A DNA stretch of 64,000 nucleotides from Myxococcota bacterium. Lineage in GTDB: Bacteria; Myxococcota_A; Polyangia; Polyangiales; Houyiibacteriaceae. The notes below the pieces were generated by a model. That model searched no databases. It was not told the DNA's origin and saw nothing but the letters and a program-made list of their open reading frames with translations. The stretch is taken from positions 70,920-134,919 of the forward strand of contig JBCCEA010000007.1 in assembly GCA_039030515.1 (NCBI GenBank), given 5' to 3'. Within the stretch, counting starts at the first letter, position 1; each line of letters opens with the position of its first letter. Position numbers and translations under genes: made by a program. Shown here in pieces: positions 1 to 10,148 of the stretch.

Positions 1-17
1 ATACGGACGGGGACTAA
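1..17 (+). CDS. 3' end of an upstream gene ending ...TDGD*, possibly imelysin family
   Basis: ACG GAC GGG GAC TAA at 3-17; a terminal DGD is typical of imelysin-like proteins, which often neighbour HTTM genes; only 4 codons visible. Confidence 0.25.
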
Positions 18-67
18 AGCTCCATCGCTGCCGTACATCAGAAGATATTGCCATTTCCCGGACGTAT

Positions 68-1657
68 GTGATGAAGGTTCAAGCGGTAGGGAGGCAAAAA
101 GAAGCAAATCGAGTCGGTGCTTGGCGACTGTCCACCACGCTGCGCTCTTGGCTTGCGACCTCCTCCGATCCATCAGGCTTGGCCGCGTTCCGAATCTTGT
201 TCGGCGCGATCATGACCGCGGCGACTTTGCGATTCTGGCTTAAAGGTTGGATCCACGATCTCTACGTGGCCCCGACCTACCACTTCACCTATCTCGGTTT
301 CGACTGGGTTCGTCCCTGGCCGGAGCCCCTGATGTACCTTCACTTCCTGGTCATGGGCTTTGCGGCGTTCACGCTCATGCTCGGTGCCGCGACCCGACTT
401 AGCGCTGCGGTATTCTTTGTGGGCTTTACCTACGTTGAGCTGCTCGAAAAAGCGGCCTACTTAAACCACTACTATTTGGTGAGCCTGCTTGCGCTTCTCC
501 TGGTGTTTGTGCCGACGAGCGAAGTGGCTTCCTTAGAGTCCTGGTGGCGCTCCAGGAGGCGCCATCGAGTTCCTGACCAAGTGTTCCCGCGCAGAGGGAT
601 TCACGAAGCGCACTGTCGGGCGGAAGCCAGTCCACGCTTCACCACCCGGCGGTGGGGCTACGCGTTGCTGAGAAGCCAGGTTGCGATGGTTTATCTCTTC
701 GCAGGCTTTGCAAAGTTAAATCACGATTGGCTTTTTGACGCGGAGCCCCTTGCGACTTGGCTTTCTGCACATACCGATCTTCCGCTGGTCGGTCCCTTCA
801 TGGAAAGTGTGTATACCGCCTACGCGATGAGCTGGGCAGGAGCGATATACGACCTCAGCATCGTCTTCCTTCTCTCTTGGAGCCGAACCCGGTATTGGGC
901 GTATGGCGTGAGTATCGTATTTCACTGTCTGGTGTGGTGGCTGTTTCCCATCGGAGTATTTTCATGGGTGATGCTAGCCTCGGCTACCCTCTTTTTTGAT
1001 CCCAGCTGGCCGCGGCGTGTGCTCGAGTCGTTGCAGCATCGTCTCCGTGCGCATCGGCTCCGTGCACTGAAGCCCAGTGCACTGCATCGTAGCGATCCGG
1101 ATGGTTCGGCGCTTGTATTAGAGCCTTTGGAGAAACAGCATTTTGCTCCGGAGAAGACTCGGGCTTTGGGGGTCGGTGCTACGCTTGCGATCGGTGTGTA
1201 TCTGCTGCTTCAGGTATTGATACCGATGCGATTTGCGTTTTTCCCCGGCAACGTGCTCTGGACCGAGCAGGGCTTTCGTTTCGCTTGGCGGGTGATGCTC
1301 ATCGAAAAAACCGGCCAGTTGGAGTACGTGGTTCACGCAGATTCCAAACGGTACCGGATCGCTCCAAGACGCGAGCTTTCTGCGCAACAAGCCCGAATGG
1401 TCGCGACCCAGCCGGATATGATCCATCAGTATGCACTTCGCCTAGCGCAGAGATACCGTGAGGCAGGAGCGTCTGACGTTCGGGTGTATGCGCACTCTTG
1501 GGCCTCTCTGAACGGCCGCCCTCATCAACGACTGGTCGATCCCAGCGTCGATCTCGCCTCGTATCCGCGGAGCTTTGGTGCCGCCGCGTGGCTCGGTGCC
1601 ACCCCCTGGATCGTCCCGCTGAAGGAGCCCCGGCTTGGCTCGTTGCCCACGATGTAG
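68..1657 (+). CDS. HTTM domain / vitamin K-dependent gamma-carboxylase-like membrane protein
   Basis: Motifs LAAFRILFG, YLNHYYL, YLFAGFAKLNHDW, IGVFSWVM, FRFAWRVML, PDMIHQYA, SLNGRP; many TM segments. Confidence 0.9.
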   Translation: MMKVQAVGRQKEANRVGAWRLSTTLRSWLATSSDPSGLAAFRILFGAIMTAATLRFWLKGWIHDLYVAPTYHFTYLGFDWVRPWPEPLMYLHFLVMGFAAFTLMLGAATRLSAAVFFVGFTYVELLEKAAYLNHYYLVSLLALLLVFVPTSEVASLESWWRSRRRHRVPDQVFPRRGIHEAHCRAEASPRFTTRRWGYALLRSQVAMVYLFAGFAKLNHDWLFDAEPLATWLSAHTDLPLVGPFMESVYTAYAMSWAGAIYDLSIVFLLSWSRTRYWAYGVSIVFHCLVWWLFPIGVFSWVMLASATLFFDPSWPRRVLESLQHRLRAHRLRALKPSALHRSDPDGSALVLEPLEKQHFAPEKTRALGVGATLAIGVYLLLQVLIPMRFAFFPGNVLWTEQGFRFAWRVMLIEKTGQLEYVVHADSKRYRIAPRRELSAQQARMVATQPDMIHQYALRLAQRYREAGASDVRVYAHSWASLNGRPHQRLVDPSVDLASYPRSFGAAAWLGATPWIVPLKEPRLGSLPTM

Positions 1658-1740
1658 TCCCTGTTGGTTCCTTGCCGACGACGTAATCCCTGAACCCTTA
1701 GTAAGGCTGCGGCACATGCAAAGGTTCGAACGCTGTTTGG

Positions 1741-2778
1741 TCAGCGCAGAATACGTGCGATCCATGCGTCCATCTCCTGCCATCGCATGTGGAGCCAGCG
1801 TTCCAGTTCGGGGCCTACAGGCACGTCCGCCAACGGAAAGGTTCTGAGACGCAGGGTGATGCGGCGCCCAAAAGCAGCTGAAGTAAGCAGATCACGGGCC
1901 CCCGTAAGTCCTTCAAGACCGGTGTGCTCGAAGAGAACGACAGCGGCGGACGGCGCTTGCCGAAGGGTGCTTGTCACGGCCTCTATACCGCGCGCTCGGG
2001 GCACCAGTGTATGCTGCAGCGTTTCCGCGACCGGGAGTCGAGGATCATCACTACGCCTCAGCGCAGCGATGTGGCGGTTTCGGCGTTCAGGGGTGAAGCG
2101 GGTGCCCTCCGGGTACAATACGATCGCGTCCATCTGGGTTACGTCCTGACCCAGTGCCGCGATGCGCTTGGCTTCGAGCTCCGGGTGTTTGCCGCCCCGG
2201 GTTACAAACGCATTGGGAAGACGCTGACCCACCAGATCCAGACAGGGGTCCCAAAGCAAGGCCCGTTTCATCACGTAGCGAGGTTGGTAGCCGATTCTGC
2301 CGAGAAGCACAGCGGGCAGCAATGTGTCGATGATGCTCGCGTGGCGTGAGAGGATCAGCAGAGGTCCTTGCGCAAGCGAGTCGGGGCCATCGAACTCGAG
2401 TTCCCAGCAAAGTAGGTAGCTCAACGTCTTGAACAGAGCGGCAGCCCACCAGCGCTGAAGGCGATAATGGGCGTCTTGATAGCGGCTGTCGCGCAGCAGC
2501 CGCAGCATCCCCAGAAAACCTAAGACAAGCGCTGTTGTGATACCGGCTATTTCGATCCACAAGAATGCGGAGCATAGAAGAAGCGCGCGCAGACCGCTGG
2601 CTCGTCCTGACCGCGCGTCCAAAAACAGCACCAAGGGGAGTGCCGCTGGCCAGAGCACTGTGACGACCAGGGTGGTCGTGAAGACCACCGAGATCGATGT
2701 GATGCGTCGACTCCAGCGCCGCCAAAAAGACTCGTCGCTCCTCCAGCTAAATCGCTCGTCCTCAGGCGGGTAGTTCAC
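1741..2778 (-). CDS. 1-acyl-sn-glycerol-3-phosphate acyltransferase (PlsC family)
   Basis: HASIID (HxxxxD) and YPEGTRF motifs; N-terminal TM segments. Confidence 0.88.
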   Translation of the reverse strand: MNYPPEDERFSWRSDESFWRRWSRRITSISVVFTTTLVVTVLWPAALPLVLFLDARSGRASGLRALLLCSAFLWIEIAGITTALVLGFLGMLRLLRDSRYQDAHYRLQRWWAAALFKTLSYLLCWELEFDGPDSLAQGPLLILSRHASIIDTLLPAVLLGRIGYQPRYVMKRALLWDPCLDLVGQRLPNAFVTRGGKHPELEAKRIAALGQDVTQMDAIVLYPEGTRFTPERRNRHIAALRRSDDPRLPVAETLQHTLVPRARGIEAVTSTLRQAPSAAVVLFEHTGLEGLTGARDLLTSAAFGRRITLRLRTFPLADVPVGPELERWLHMRWQEMDAWIARILR

Positions 2779-2868
2779 GAGAAATTGGATCGACGATGGT
2801 GGATTCCCGGCCCGTCCCTGGAGTGGTCAGTCGTCACCAGGTGACAAGCAAGAGTCCTGTAACTAAGG

Positions 2869-2900
2869 GAAAAACCCGTCAGGAACGACGGGTTTTTTTC
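2869..2900. terminator. Intrinsic terminator downstream of the tRNA pair, potentially bidirectional
   Basis: AAAAACCCGTC-aggaac-GACGGGTTTTTTT hairpin with A/T tracts on both sides. Confidence 0.8.
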
Positions 2901-2902
2901 GG

Positions 2903-2978
2903 TGGCGTCCCCAGAGGGGTTTGAACCCTCGTTACCGGCGTGAAAGGCCGGGGTCCTGGGCCACTAGACGATGGGGAC
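2903..2978 (-). tRNA. tRNA-Glu (TTC)
   Basis: Reverse strand GTCCCCA...CCGGC-CT-TTC-AC-GCCGG...GGTTCAAAC...TGGGGACG-CCA; cloverleaf with encoded CCA. Confidence 0.96.
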
Positions 2979-3005
2979 TAAATTTCAGATTCCGAGTCGG
3001 TTGGG

Positions 3006-3078
3006 TGGGCCGTGCAGGGTTCGAACCTGCGACCGTTGGGTTAAAAGCCCACTGCTCTACCAACTGAGCTAACGGCCC
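3006..3078 (-). tRNA. tRNA-Lys (TTT)
   Basis: GGGCCGT-TAGCTCAGTTGGTAGAGC...TGGG-CT-TTT-AA-CCCA...GGTTCGAAC...ACGGCCC-A; followed by CCC, so CCA is not encoded. Confidence 0.96.
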
Positions 3079-3097
3079 GGAACCGCTTGGAATGCGC

Positions 3098-3126
3098 TTG
3101 ATAACGCCGCCCTGACTGTCGGTCAA
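3098..3126 (-). promoter_or_regulatory. Putative sigma70 promoter of the tRNA pair
   Basis: TTGACC-17 nt-TATCAA on the minus strand about 20 nt upstream of tRNA-Lys. Confidence 0.5.
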
Positions 3127-3258
3127 GCGAATGCGATCGATTCTTTTAACCGACCACGAGGGTGGCTTGCGGATCTGCGCCAAGTTGGCGATCGCACTTG
3201 CTGTTCTTGGTACGATTCATGCTTGTGGTTCTCGTGCTGGTGACAATTTAGGTACGTT

Positions 3259-3723
3259 ATGGCGCATTGTGGACATATAGGCGGATATACAGATTGGATG
3301 CTCGTGGCCGAGCGCGGAGCCGTGTGGCAGTCGTCCGAGGCCAGTGAAAGGCTCCCGAAAGAACCCGGGGCCTACTGCGTGCAGGGAGAGGGCGAGTCCT
3401 CAGCGGAGTTTGCATCTCGGGTTCGTCAGCGCCTAGCGTATGTCGACCGTTCACACCCACCCCTTGCCAACTTACTCATCTTGGGTGGCGAGGATCGCGA
3501 GCCGGCTGTTTGGGCCGCTCGAGCGAGTATGATTCAAGCGTTTGTCTCTACCCGGGAGGGGCGCGGTTCGTCAGAGGTGTTGCTGGCGCCCCATCCAAGC
3601 GACAGGCACTCGATGCGGGCCATCGCCAACTCGGTTTGCGAGTCGGTGCGAGGCACGGGCGTTGATGTTCGTGCTCTGGATACTGTGGGCTCGTGGAACA
3701 CCGCAGCGATGCAGCCTGCTTGA
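3259..3723 (+). CDS. Hypothetical protein
   Basis: 154 aa ORF filling the gap between the tRNAs and the dnaE 3' end; no recognised motif. Confidence 0.65.
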   Translation: MAHCGHIGGYTDWMLVAERGAVWQSSEASERLPKEPGAYCVQGEGESSAEFASRVRQRLAYVDRSHPPLANLLILGGEDREPAVWAARASMIQAFVSTREGRGSSEVLLAPHPSDRHSMRAIANSVCESVRGTGVDVRALDTVGSWNTAAMQPA

Positions 3724-3734
3724 AAAGCAGACCT

Positions 3735-6700
3735 CTAGCGAAGCTCGCACACCTTTTCTCCGAAGAGCTGCTCAAGCTCAGAAATCAGCGTGTCGGTCGG
3801 CGCTACCTGAAGCGGAATCGCACGCAGTTCCACGCTCCATCGATTCCTGCTCGCGAGACTCATCGAAACCCGGCAGGATCCCGGATGCTCTGAGAGCATG
3901 TGGCGAAGCGACTCCAGCTTCTCTGTCGAGATGCGCTCGATGTCCATGCGCAGATGAATCTGCCTGACCTTTTCCTGGATCGCGTCGGAAAGCAGCTGAG
4001 CACCGGTAAGGATCAGTTTGGTTTCTTGAGGAGCATCCGAGTCTGCGTTGCGGTCGCGCTCGTGCCTTACTGTGCCCGAAACAACTACGGGTTGACTGGA
4101 GTTGAGTACGCGCCAGTTGTCCGGATTCCCTAACGCTTTAGAGAACACCTTCACTTCTACTCGATCCTGAGCGTCTTCCAGAAAGAAGAACGCCATTTTT
4201 CCCATCTTTGTGTTGCGTTCACGAAATCCTTCGACAAGGCCCCCGACGGTCAGCCTGGTGCCCTCGCTTTGATGCCGAAGATTGTCGATCGTGCTCTCAC
4301 AAAATCGACTGAGCTCAGCCGTATATCGATCCAAAGGGTGACCTGAAACGTAAAATCCGAGTGTTGATTTTTCTCGGGCAAGTTGATCGCGACTGTCCCA
4401 GTTTGCCATCGACGGAAAGCGAAGCCCTGTGTGAGAACGGCTGTTTTCCGCTGGAGCGGGTTCGAGTAGACCGAAGAGATTGGTTTGACCACTCGAACGC
4501 TCGTTGCTGATCTTTTTCCCGCGCTCGATAGCAGCTTCAATAGCGGCGAAGGCTTGCGCTCGGGTCACCTCTAGCGGTTCATGAACTGAATCGAAGGCGC
4601 CGGACTGAACCAGAGCTTCTACTACGCCTTTGTTCACGCGGCGAAGATCTACGCGTGCACAGAACTCGAAGAGGTCGGAGAAGGGTTGTTTGTTCCCTTC
4701 GTAGGTACGAGCCTCAAACACCGCTTCGAGCGCAGCTTCCCCCACACCCTTAAGTGCGCCCAGTCCAAAGCGGATTTTGGGTGATCGAGGGTCTCTTAGT
4801 TTGCCTTTGAGACAAACTGGCTGTGTCGCCCGTTTACGTGGTTCCCCGTCGAGTGAATCTGAGTAGACGACAGAAAAATTGATCTCAGATTCATTCACAT
4901 CAGGTGGAAGTACAGTGATCCCCATCGAACGTGCTTCCGCAACGGTGCGGACTACTTTTTCGCTCTTGTCTCTGTCGGCAGTGAGCGTTGCACATTGGAA
5001 TTCGACCGGATAGTGTGTCTTGAGATAGGCTGTTTGATAGGTAATCAGTGCGTATGCAGCAGAGTGCGATTTGTTAAAACCGTAGCCTGCGAAATAGGCC
5101 ATCAAATCGAATACGTGTACGGCGTCTGCTTCCGAGTGACCGTTTTTTAGCGCGCCCTCTACGAAGATGGCTTTCTGTTTGGCCATCTCCTCGGCTTTTT
5201 TCTTTCCCATCGCGCGACGCAGAAGATCTGCGCCCCCAAGGGTGTAGCCGGCCATGTCCCGCGCGATCTGCATCACTTGCTCCTGGTACACGATCACGCC
5301 TCGGGTGGGCTCCAGGATGTGTTCGATGGAGGGGTGGGGATACTCTACTTTTTGCCTGCCATGACGTCGCTCGACAAAGTCTTTGTCCATTCCGGCGCCC
5401 ATGGGGCCAGGTCTGTAGAGTGCGACTGCTGCGACGATATCTTCGAAACAGTCTGGCTTAAGCTGTTTGAAAAGGCTCTGCATACCACTTGATTCCAACT
5501 GGAATACATTTGTGGTTTCCCCAGACTGCAAGAGGGCGAACGTCGCCGGGTCATCGGTCGGTAGCGTGTCCAGCTCGAATGGATCTCCGTCGCGACCGGG
5601 ACGACGCCGAATCAACTCGACAGCGATGTCCAGAACCGTGAGGGTCTTTAGGCCGAGAAAGTCAAACTTAACCAGGCCTGCAGATTCGACGTCGTCCTTG
5701 TGGAACTGCGTCACATAGGTGCCTGCCTCTGGGCAGAAGACGGGGACATGATCCCAGATGGGGCCTTCGCTGATGACCACTCCGGCTGCATGCATACCTG
5801 CATGGCGAGTGACATTTTCTAAGGCTTGCGCGGTATCGATGAGCTCCTTGACCGCGTGGTCCTCATCGTAAACCGCCCGAAGTCGCTGTTCCTGCGCTAG
5901 GGCTTTTTCTATCGGGACGCTTTTGCCCTGTATCGGTTCAGGAATCATGGTCGCAATACGTCCTGCGTCTCCGGGGCTCATCCCCATGACCCGACCGACA
6001 TCGCGTACCACACTGCGACTCTTAAGCTGATGGAAGGTCGCTATCTGACCGACGGACTGGTGTCCGTATGTCTCTCGTACGTAGTCGATGACAAGATCTC
6101 GCTTTTCCATACAAAAGTCGACGTCGAAGTCGGGCATCGATACCCGCTCCGGGTTGAGGAACCGTTCGAAGAGCAGACCGTGCGGAATTGGATCGAGGTT
6201 GGTGATGCGAAGTGCCCAAGCCACGAGAGAGCCAGCTCCGGAGCCTCGCCCTGGACCGACCGGAACTCCATTGTGTTTGCCCCAGTTGATGAAGTCCTGG
6301 ACGATCAGAAAATACCCGGGAAAGCCCATATTCGCGATGACGCGGAGCTCGAGCTCCAGTCGCTCGAAGTAGGCCTTGGGTTCAAAACGGAAGTCGATCC
6401 GGCGAAGTTCCTCAAAACGCGTTTCAAGGCCGGCTCGAGCAATCTGGCTGAGGTACTGTGCTTCAGTGAGGCCTTGAGGGACGGGAAAACGCGGCAGTTT
6501 CGGCTTACTGAAAGGAGAGACCTGACCGGCACAGCGCTCGGCGATTTGAAGTGTCGCTTGGATCGACTCTGGAACATGCCGAAAGAGATGTGTCATTTCT
6601 CCGGCCGATTTGAGGTGCATCTCCGATGACCCGTGGTGGATGGCCTGAACCTCTGCGAGCCTTTGGCCGCTCCCGATGCACTGAAGCACGACCTGGGCGT

Positions 6701-7343
6701 GGGACTGCTCTTTGGCGACGAAATGACAGTCGTTAGTGGCGACGATGGGAAGCTCAAGTTCCCGGGCCAGCTCCACGAGAACTTGGTTGAGCGGTCCGTT
6801 TTCTGGGAAGCCGTGGTCTTGGAGTTCGATGAAGAAAGAACCCTTTTCAAAAGCACCGGCAAGCTGGGCCATCGCTTCTCGTCCAGCTCCCGTGCCTCGC
6901 ATGAGTATCGTTTGTGCGAGCCATCCACCCATGCATGCAGAGAGCCCGATGAGACCCTCGCTGTGCCGCCTGAGGAGCTCGAAGTCGATACGAGGAACAC
7001 CAGCGTGTAGCCCTTCAACCCAGCCAAGGCTCACGAGTCGCACCAGGTTTTGATAGCCTTGCTGGTTCTCGGCGAGCAGGAGCACGTGGTGTACATCCCT
7101 TGCGCTGGGGTCTTTTCTATCGCCGGCGGTGATGTTGAGTTCCGCGCCGACGATAGGCTTCACATCGCTACCGCTTAGCAGTTGATGAAACTGCACGGTG
7201 CCGAACATGTTGTTCGTATCGGTGAGGGCACAGGCACGCATGCCCAACTCCTGGATCCGGGTTGCCAGAGGTTTGAGCCTGCTCGCGGCCTCGAGTAGGG
7301 AGTACTCAGAATGAACGTGTAGGTGTACGAACTCGTTCGCCAT
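3735..7343 (-). CDS. dnaE: DNA polymerase III alpha subunit
   Basis: PHP HLHVHSEYS, GPGRGSGAGSLVA, FERFLNPERVSMPDFDVDF, KFDFLGL, FNKSHSAAY, OB fold; no intein. Confidence 0.98.
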   Translation of the reverse strand: MANEFVHLHVHSEYSLLEAASRLKPLATRIQELGMRACALTDTNNMFGTVQFHQLLSGSDVKPIVGAELNITAGDRKDPSARDVHHVLLLAENQQGYQNLVRLVSLGWVEGLHAGVPRIDFELLRRHSEGLIGLSACMGGWLAQTILMRGTGAGREAMAQLAGAFEKGSFFIELQDHGFPENGPLNQVLVELARELELPIVATNDCHFVAKEQSHAQVVLQCIGSGQRLAEVQAIHHGSSEMHLKSAGEMTHLFRHVPESIQATLQIAERCAGQVSPFSKPKLPRFPVPQGLTEAQYLSQIARAGLETRFEELRRIDFRFEPKAYFERLELELRVIANMGFPGYFLIVQDFINWGKHNGVPVGPGRGSGAGSLVAWALRITNLDPIPHGLLFERFLNPERVSMPDFDVDFCMEKRDLVIDYVRETYGHQSVGQIATFHQLKSRSVVRDVGRVMGMSPGDAGRIATMIPEPIQGKSVPIEKALAQEQRLRAVYDEDHAVKELIDTAQALENVTRHAGMHAAGVVISEGPIWDHVPVFCPEAGTYVTQFHKDDVESAGLVKFDFLGLKTLTVLDIAVELIRRRPGRDGDPFELDTLPTDDPATFALLQSGETTNVFQLESSGMQSLFKQLKPDCFEDIVAAVALYRPGPMGAGMDKDFVERRHGRQKVEYPHPSIEHILEPTRGVIVYQEQVMQIARDMAGYTLGGADLLRRAMGKKKAEEMAKQKAIFVEGALKNGHSEADAVHVFDLMAYFAGYGFNKSHSAAYALITYQTAYLKTHYPVEFQCATLTADRDKSEKVVRTVAEARSMGITVLPPDVNESEINFSVVYSDSLDGEPRKRATQPVCLKGKLRDPRSPKIRFGLGALKGVGEAALEAVFEARTYEGNKQPFSDLFEFCARVDLRRVNKGVVEALVQSGAFDSVHEPLEVTRAQAFAAIEAAIERGKKISNERSSGQTNLFGLLEPAPAENSRSHTGLRFPSMANWDSRDQLAREKSTLGFYVSGHPLDRYTAELSRFCESTIDNLRHQSEGTRLTVGGLVEGFRERNTKMGKMAFFFLEDAQDRVEVKVFSKALGNPDNWRVLNSSQPVVVSGTVRHERDRNADSDAPQETKLILTGAQLLSDAIQEKVRQIHLRMDIERISTEKLESLRHMLSEHPGSCRVSMSLASRNRWSVELRAIPLQVAPTDTLISELEQLFGEKVCELR

Positions 7344-7594
7344 GGCGCGAAGACCATAGCAGTCTCAGCAAGAGGAACGCAGCTTCAAGACGATTCCATC
7401 CGCGTGCAGCCACATCGTTTGAATAGTGAGTGAGGAGTTCAGCCGCGTAGCCGCTGCTGTCTGCGCAGTAGATCGCTCGCGAGGGCGCGGATCGCTCAGG
7501 ATTCGGCGTCAAGTTCCGGCATTCCGTTGCACGTTCCCCGTCCATCGTGCTACGAGCCTGCGCTTGAGGCGGCAGAGCGCTGTCCGGAGCAGAT

Positions 7595-7948
7595 ATGAAG
7601 AAGTCACCGATTCAGGTCACCAAGGAGCGTTTTGGTGGCAAAGCCGAACTAGTAAAGTCCATCAAAGAACTAGCCACTGAAGATCTGTGGATCGATCGGG
7701 TGAACGGGGACAAGGGCCTAGAGCGCGTATCCAATCGAAAGCTCCAGCACCTTCACGATGTACTTACCAAGGTCAAGGCGCAGTTTGGCACCCGAACAGG
7801 GCTTGTCGACGCCATCGTTGCCTTAGAACAACGTACCAAAGACTCCGACTACCGACAGAGATTCCTTGAGTGGTCCACTCCCAAACTCTGGGACTACTTC
7901 TGCTCGAAGCAAAAGACCTCAAAACAGTCCGCCGCCAAAGCGTCCTAG
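7595..7948 (+). CDS. Small basic hypothetical protein
   Basis: 117 aa Lys-rich ORF, GGAG upstream of ATG, divergent from dnaE. Confidence 0.8.
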   Translation: MKKSPIQVTKERFGGKAELVKSIKELATEDLWIDRVNGDKGLERVSNRKLQHLHDVLTKVKAQFGTRTGLVDAIVALEQRTKDSDYRQRFLEWSTPKLWDYFCSKQKTSKQSAAKAS

Positions 7949-8048
7949 ACCCTGCAGGACTGAGCGTCTGGGGGACCGATCGCGCCCCACTGCACTCCTC
8001 AAGACTTTGTTGCACACAGGCAAGGGCTGCACACCCTTAGTGCAGGTT

Positions 8049-9149
8049 TCACTGGGTCGTTTCGAGTCCAGAGATCCACAAAAAGAGGTTTGTGCGTCCG
8101 TCGGCATCGACGATTTCTGAGCCGAGAGGAGGCATCTGATCCTCTCCGCGGATCCCGGTCCGTAAGTACAGCGTACTGATATCGGGTCTCCTCGGCACAA
8201 TGCGTTGGTTCGCCTCGATGCTGCCGTCTACGAGGGTTCGCCATTCGCTGTCGACCTCGATGGCGGTGAGATAGGCTGGCGCTTGCTGCTCCGTAGCCAA
8301 GCCGACCGGTACCCAAAGCCGTAGACCCTCTGGAGCGCTTTCGTCCGCGCTGTGGCAGTGCCCACAGTTGGCGTGCAAATAGCCCAGAGCTTGTTGCGTA
8401 TGTTCCATGCCTGGAATCGCGGCAAGTTCAGTAGGTATGTCGTGTGAGAGCATTCCGAGATCACGAAGGTCCTGCAGCGTCGTTTCGCTTCGGTCGTGAT
8501 TCAACTGAACCGCTCCAAACCCGAGCACCATATCCCTTGGCCCGTATTCGGAGTGACACTCAACGCACTGAGCGAGTGACGGGATGTCGTGGGGTGTACC
8601 GAGGGCGTTCTCCTCACCGCCGAAAGGAACTTCGTTTGCTTCAGACGGGCCGTCCCAACGATAGGTCCGAAAGTCCCAGTGATTGACCCCAGTGCCCGAA
8701 GTTGTTTTCTCGAAATAGCGTGTCTCGACTCGGGCGCCTTGATAGGAGAAGGTTTTCCAAATCCGGGTGCCGACCGGAAAGACCCAATGATCTGCTTCTC
8801 TAGTATCGATTTGTGAGCCCTCGGGAAAAGAAATGAACCGCTCTTTTCCGGTACCGTCACTCCAAAGCCAGAAACGCGGGCTGTAGGCCAGAATCGACGG
8901 ATTGAGGACGGAGCAGTCGGCGTCGATATACAGGTCTGGAGGACCGTTACAGAAGTCGCCCGCGGCATCCTCGGACGACGAATCCACATTGGGTTCCTGC
9001 GCATCGGCCACGTCCGCATCGAAGGTTGTGACCGCTCCATCTGCGGATATTTCGCGGCTAGGGCCCGTCGAATCCGAGCAGGAACTCGCGAGCACAACCC
9101 AGACAACGACGAATCGACGTCTCCCCACGCTCTCTAGGAATAAGGTCAT
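8049..9149 (-). CDS. Diheme c-type cytochrome lipoprotein (SO2930-like)
   Basis: Lipobox-like LASSC; LWSDGTGKERFI, FPVGTRIWKTF, VETR; heme motifs CVECH and YLHANCGHCH; QMPPLG. Confidence 0.8.
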   Translation of the reverse strand: MTLFLESVGRRRFVVVWVVLASSCSDSTGPSREISADGAVTTFDADVADAQEPNVDSSSEDAAGDFCNGPPDLYIDADCSVLNPSILAYSPRFWLWSDGTGKERFISFPEGSQIDTREADHWVFPVGTRIWKTFSYQGARVETRYFEKTTSGTGVNHWDFRTYRWDGPSEANEVPFGGEENALGTPHDIPSLAQCVECHSEYGPRDMVLGFGAVQLNHDRSETTLQDLRDLGMLSHDIPTELAAIPGMEHTQQALGYLHANCGHCHSADESAPEGLRLWVPVGLATEQQAPAYLTAIEVDSEWRTLVDGSIEANQRIVPRRPDISTLYLRTGIRGEDQMPPLGSEIVDADGRTNLFLWISGLETTQ

Positions 9150-9248
9150 TTACCGTGCTCGTCCACTGTTGAATCGTGTACTCTGAGAGAAAAGAACCGT
9201 TCACACTGTATACAGGTGTTGGGTTCCTTTGCTTCTTGGGACGGGGAA

Positions 9249-10139
9249 ATGAAGTCGATCTCAGTAGTTACGCTGTCGGTCGCTGCGGTACTGCCTTGGC
9301 AGTCCGCACGGGCACAGGAGGAACAGCCACGAACCCCGAGCGCGGCCGAGCAAACCCCCGCCGCCGAGGGTGCGGGACAAGGCCCGATCACCGTCGATCA
9401 TCGGCAACACGACTCGCGATATGATTCTCAACTCGATCAGGCCGCTCGACTGACGTTTCTCGCGGGACGGGAAGCTTTTGTTCAGGGTGATTACGCTACG
9501 GCGCTGGATCGATTTCGCCAGGCATACGACCTCAGCCCGCGTCCTATGCTTCTTTTGAATATCGCCTCCTGTTTGGATCGGCTCCGTCGAGACGAAGAGA
9601 CGGTCGCTGCGCTCCGTCAGTATCTAGCGTCCGAAGATGCGCAGCATGCGCCCAACCTGGCTGAGGTACAGGCGCGTATCGAGGTGCTGGAAGAGGCCAT
9701 TGCTGCGCGCCGACGCGAAGAAGCGATGAATGAGGAGCTGTCTTTGGCCGCCGCTGTTGTGCCGCTGCCCGAGCAGGAGCCAGAGCAGGGCGGACTGAAC
9801 CCGATAGTGTTCTATTCGGTTGCGGGTGCGGCGCTTGCATCAGGAGCCGTCTTGATTTGGTCGGGAATCGATGCGTCTAGCCGCAACGACGACTACGAGT
9901 CGTATGCTGCAGACCTGAGTAATACCGACAGTGCCCGTGCACGTTCTCTATATAACGACGTTGAGGATGCCGAGCGGCGCACCAATATTTTAATAGGCGT
10001 CACCGCGGGACTCGGCGTGGCCGCTGGAGCGCTCGCTTTCTTTACTCGATGGGGCTCCCGCGAAACTCGTCCGGATACGGATGCCGCCGTGGCGGTGACT
10101 GCCGAAGGGTTCGTCATTCGAGCAGGTCGCCGTTTTTAG
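9249..10139 (+). CDS. Secreted TPR protein with C-terminal hydrophobic segments
   Basis: Signal peptide ending ARA, TPR helices (FVQGDYATALDRFRQAYDLSP), terminal GRRF; ATG at 9249 preferred. Confidence 0.8.
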   Translation: MKSISVVTLSVAAVLPWQSARAQEEQPRTPSAAEQTPAAEGAGQGPITVDHRQHDSRYDSQLDQAARLTFLAGREAFVQGDYATALDRFRQAYDLSPRPMLLLNIASCLDRLRRDEETVAALRQYLASEDAQHAPNLAEVQARIEVLEEAIAARRREEAMNEELSLAAAVVPLPEQEPEQGGLNPIVFYSVAGAALASGAVLIWSGIDASSRNDDYESYAADLSNTDSARARSLYNDVEDAERRTNILIGVTAGLGVAAGALAFFTRWGSRETRPDTDAAVAVTAEGFVIRAGRRF

Positions 10140-10148
10140 CCGGAAGGG

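Noticed and set aside
2780..3260. Integrative element at the tRNA pair
   Set aside because: No integrase, and I saw no duplicated tRNA 3' end in the window
4770..4880. Intein in dnaE
   Set aside because: Only an insertion of about 30 aa before IRFGL; no splicing motifs
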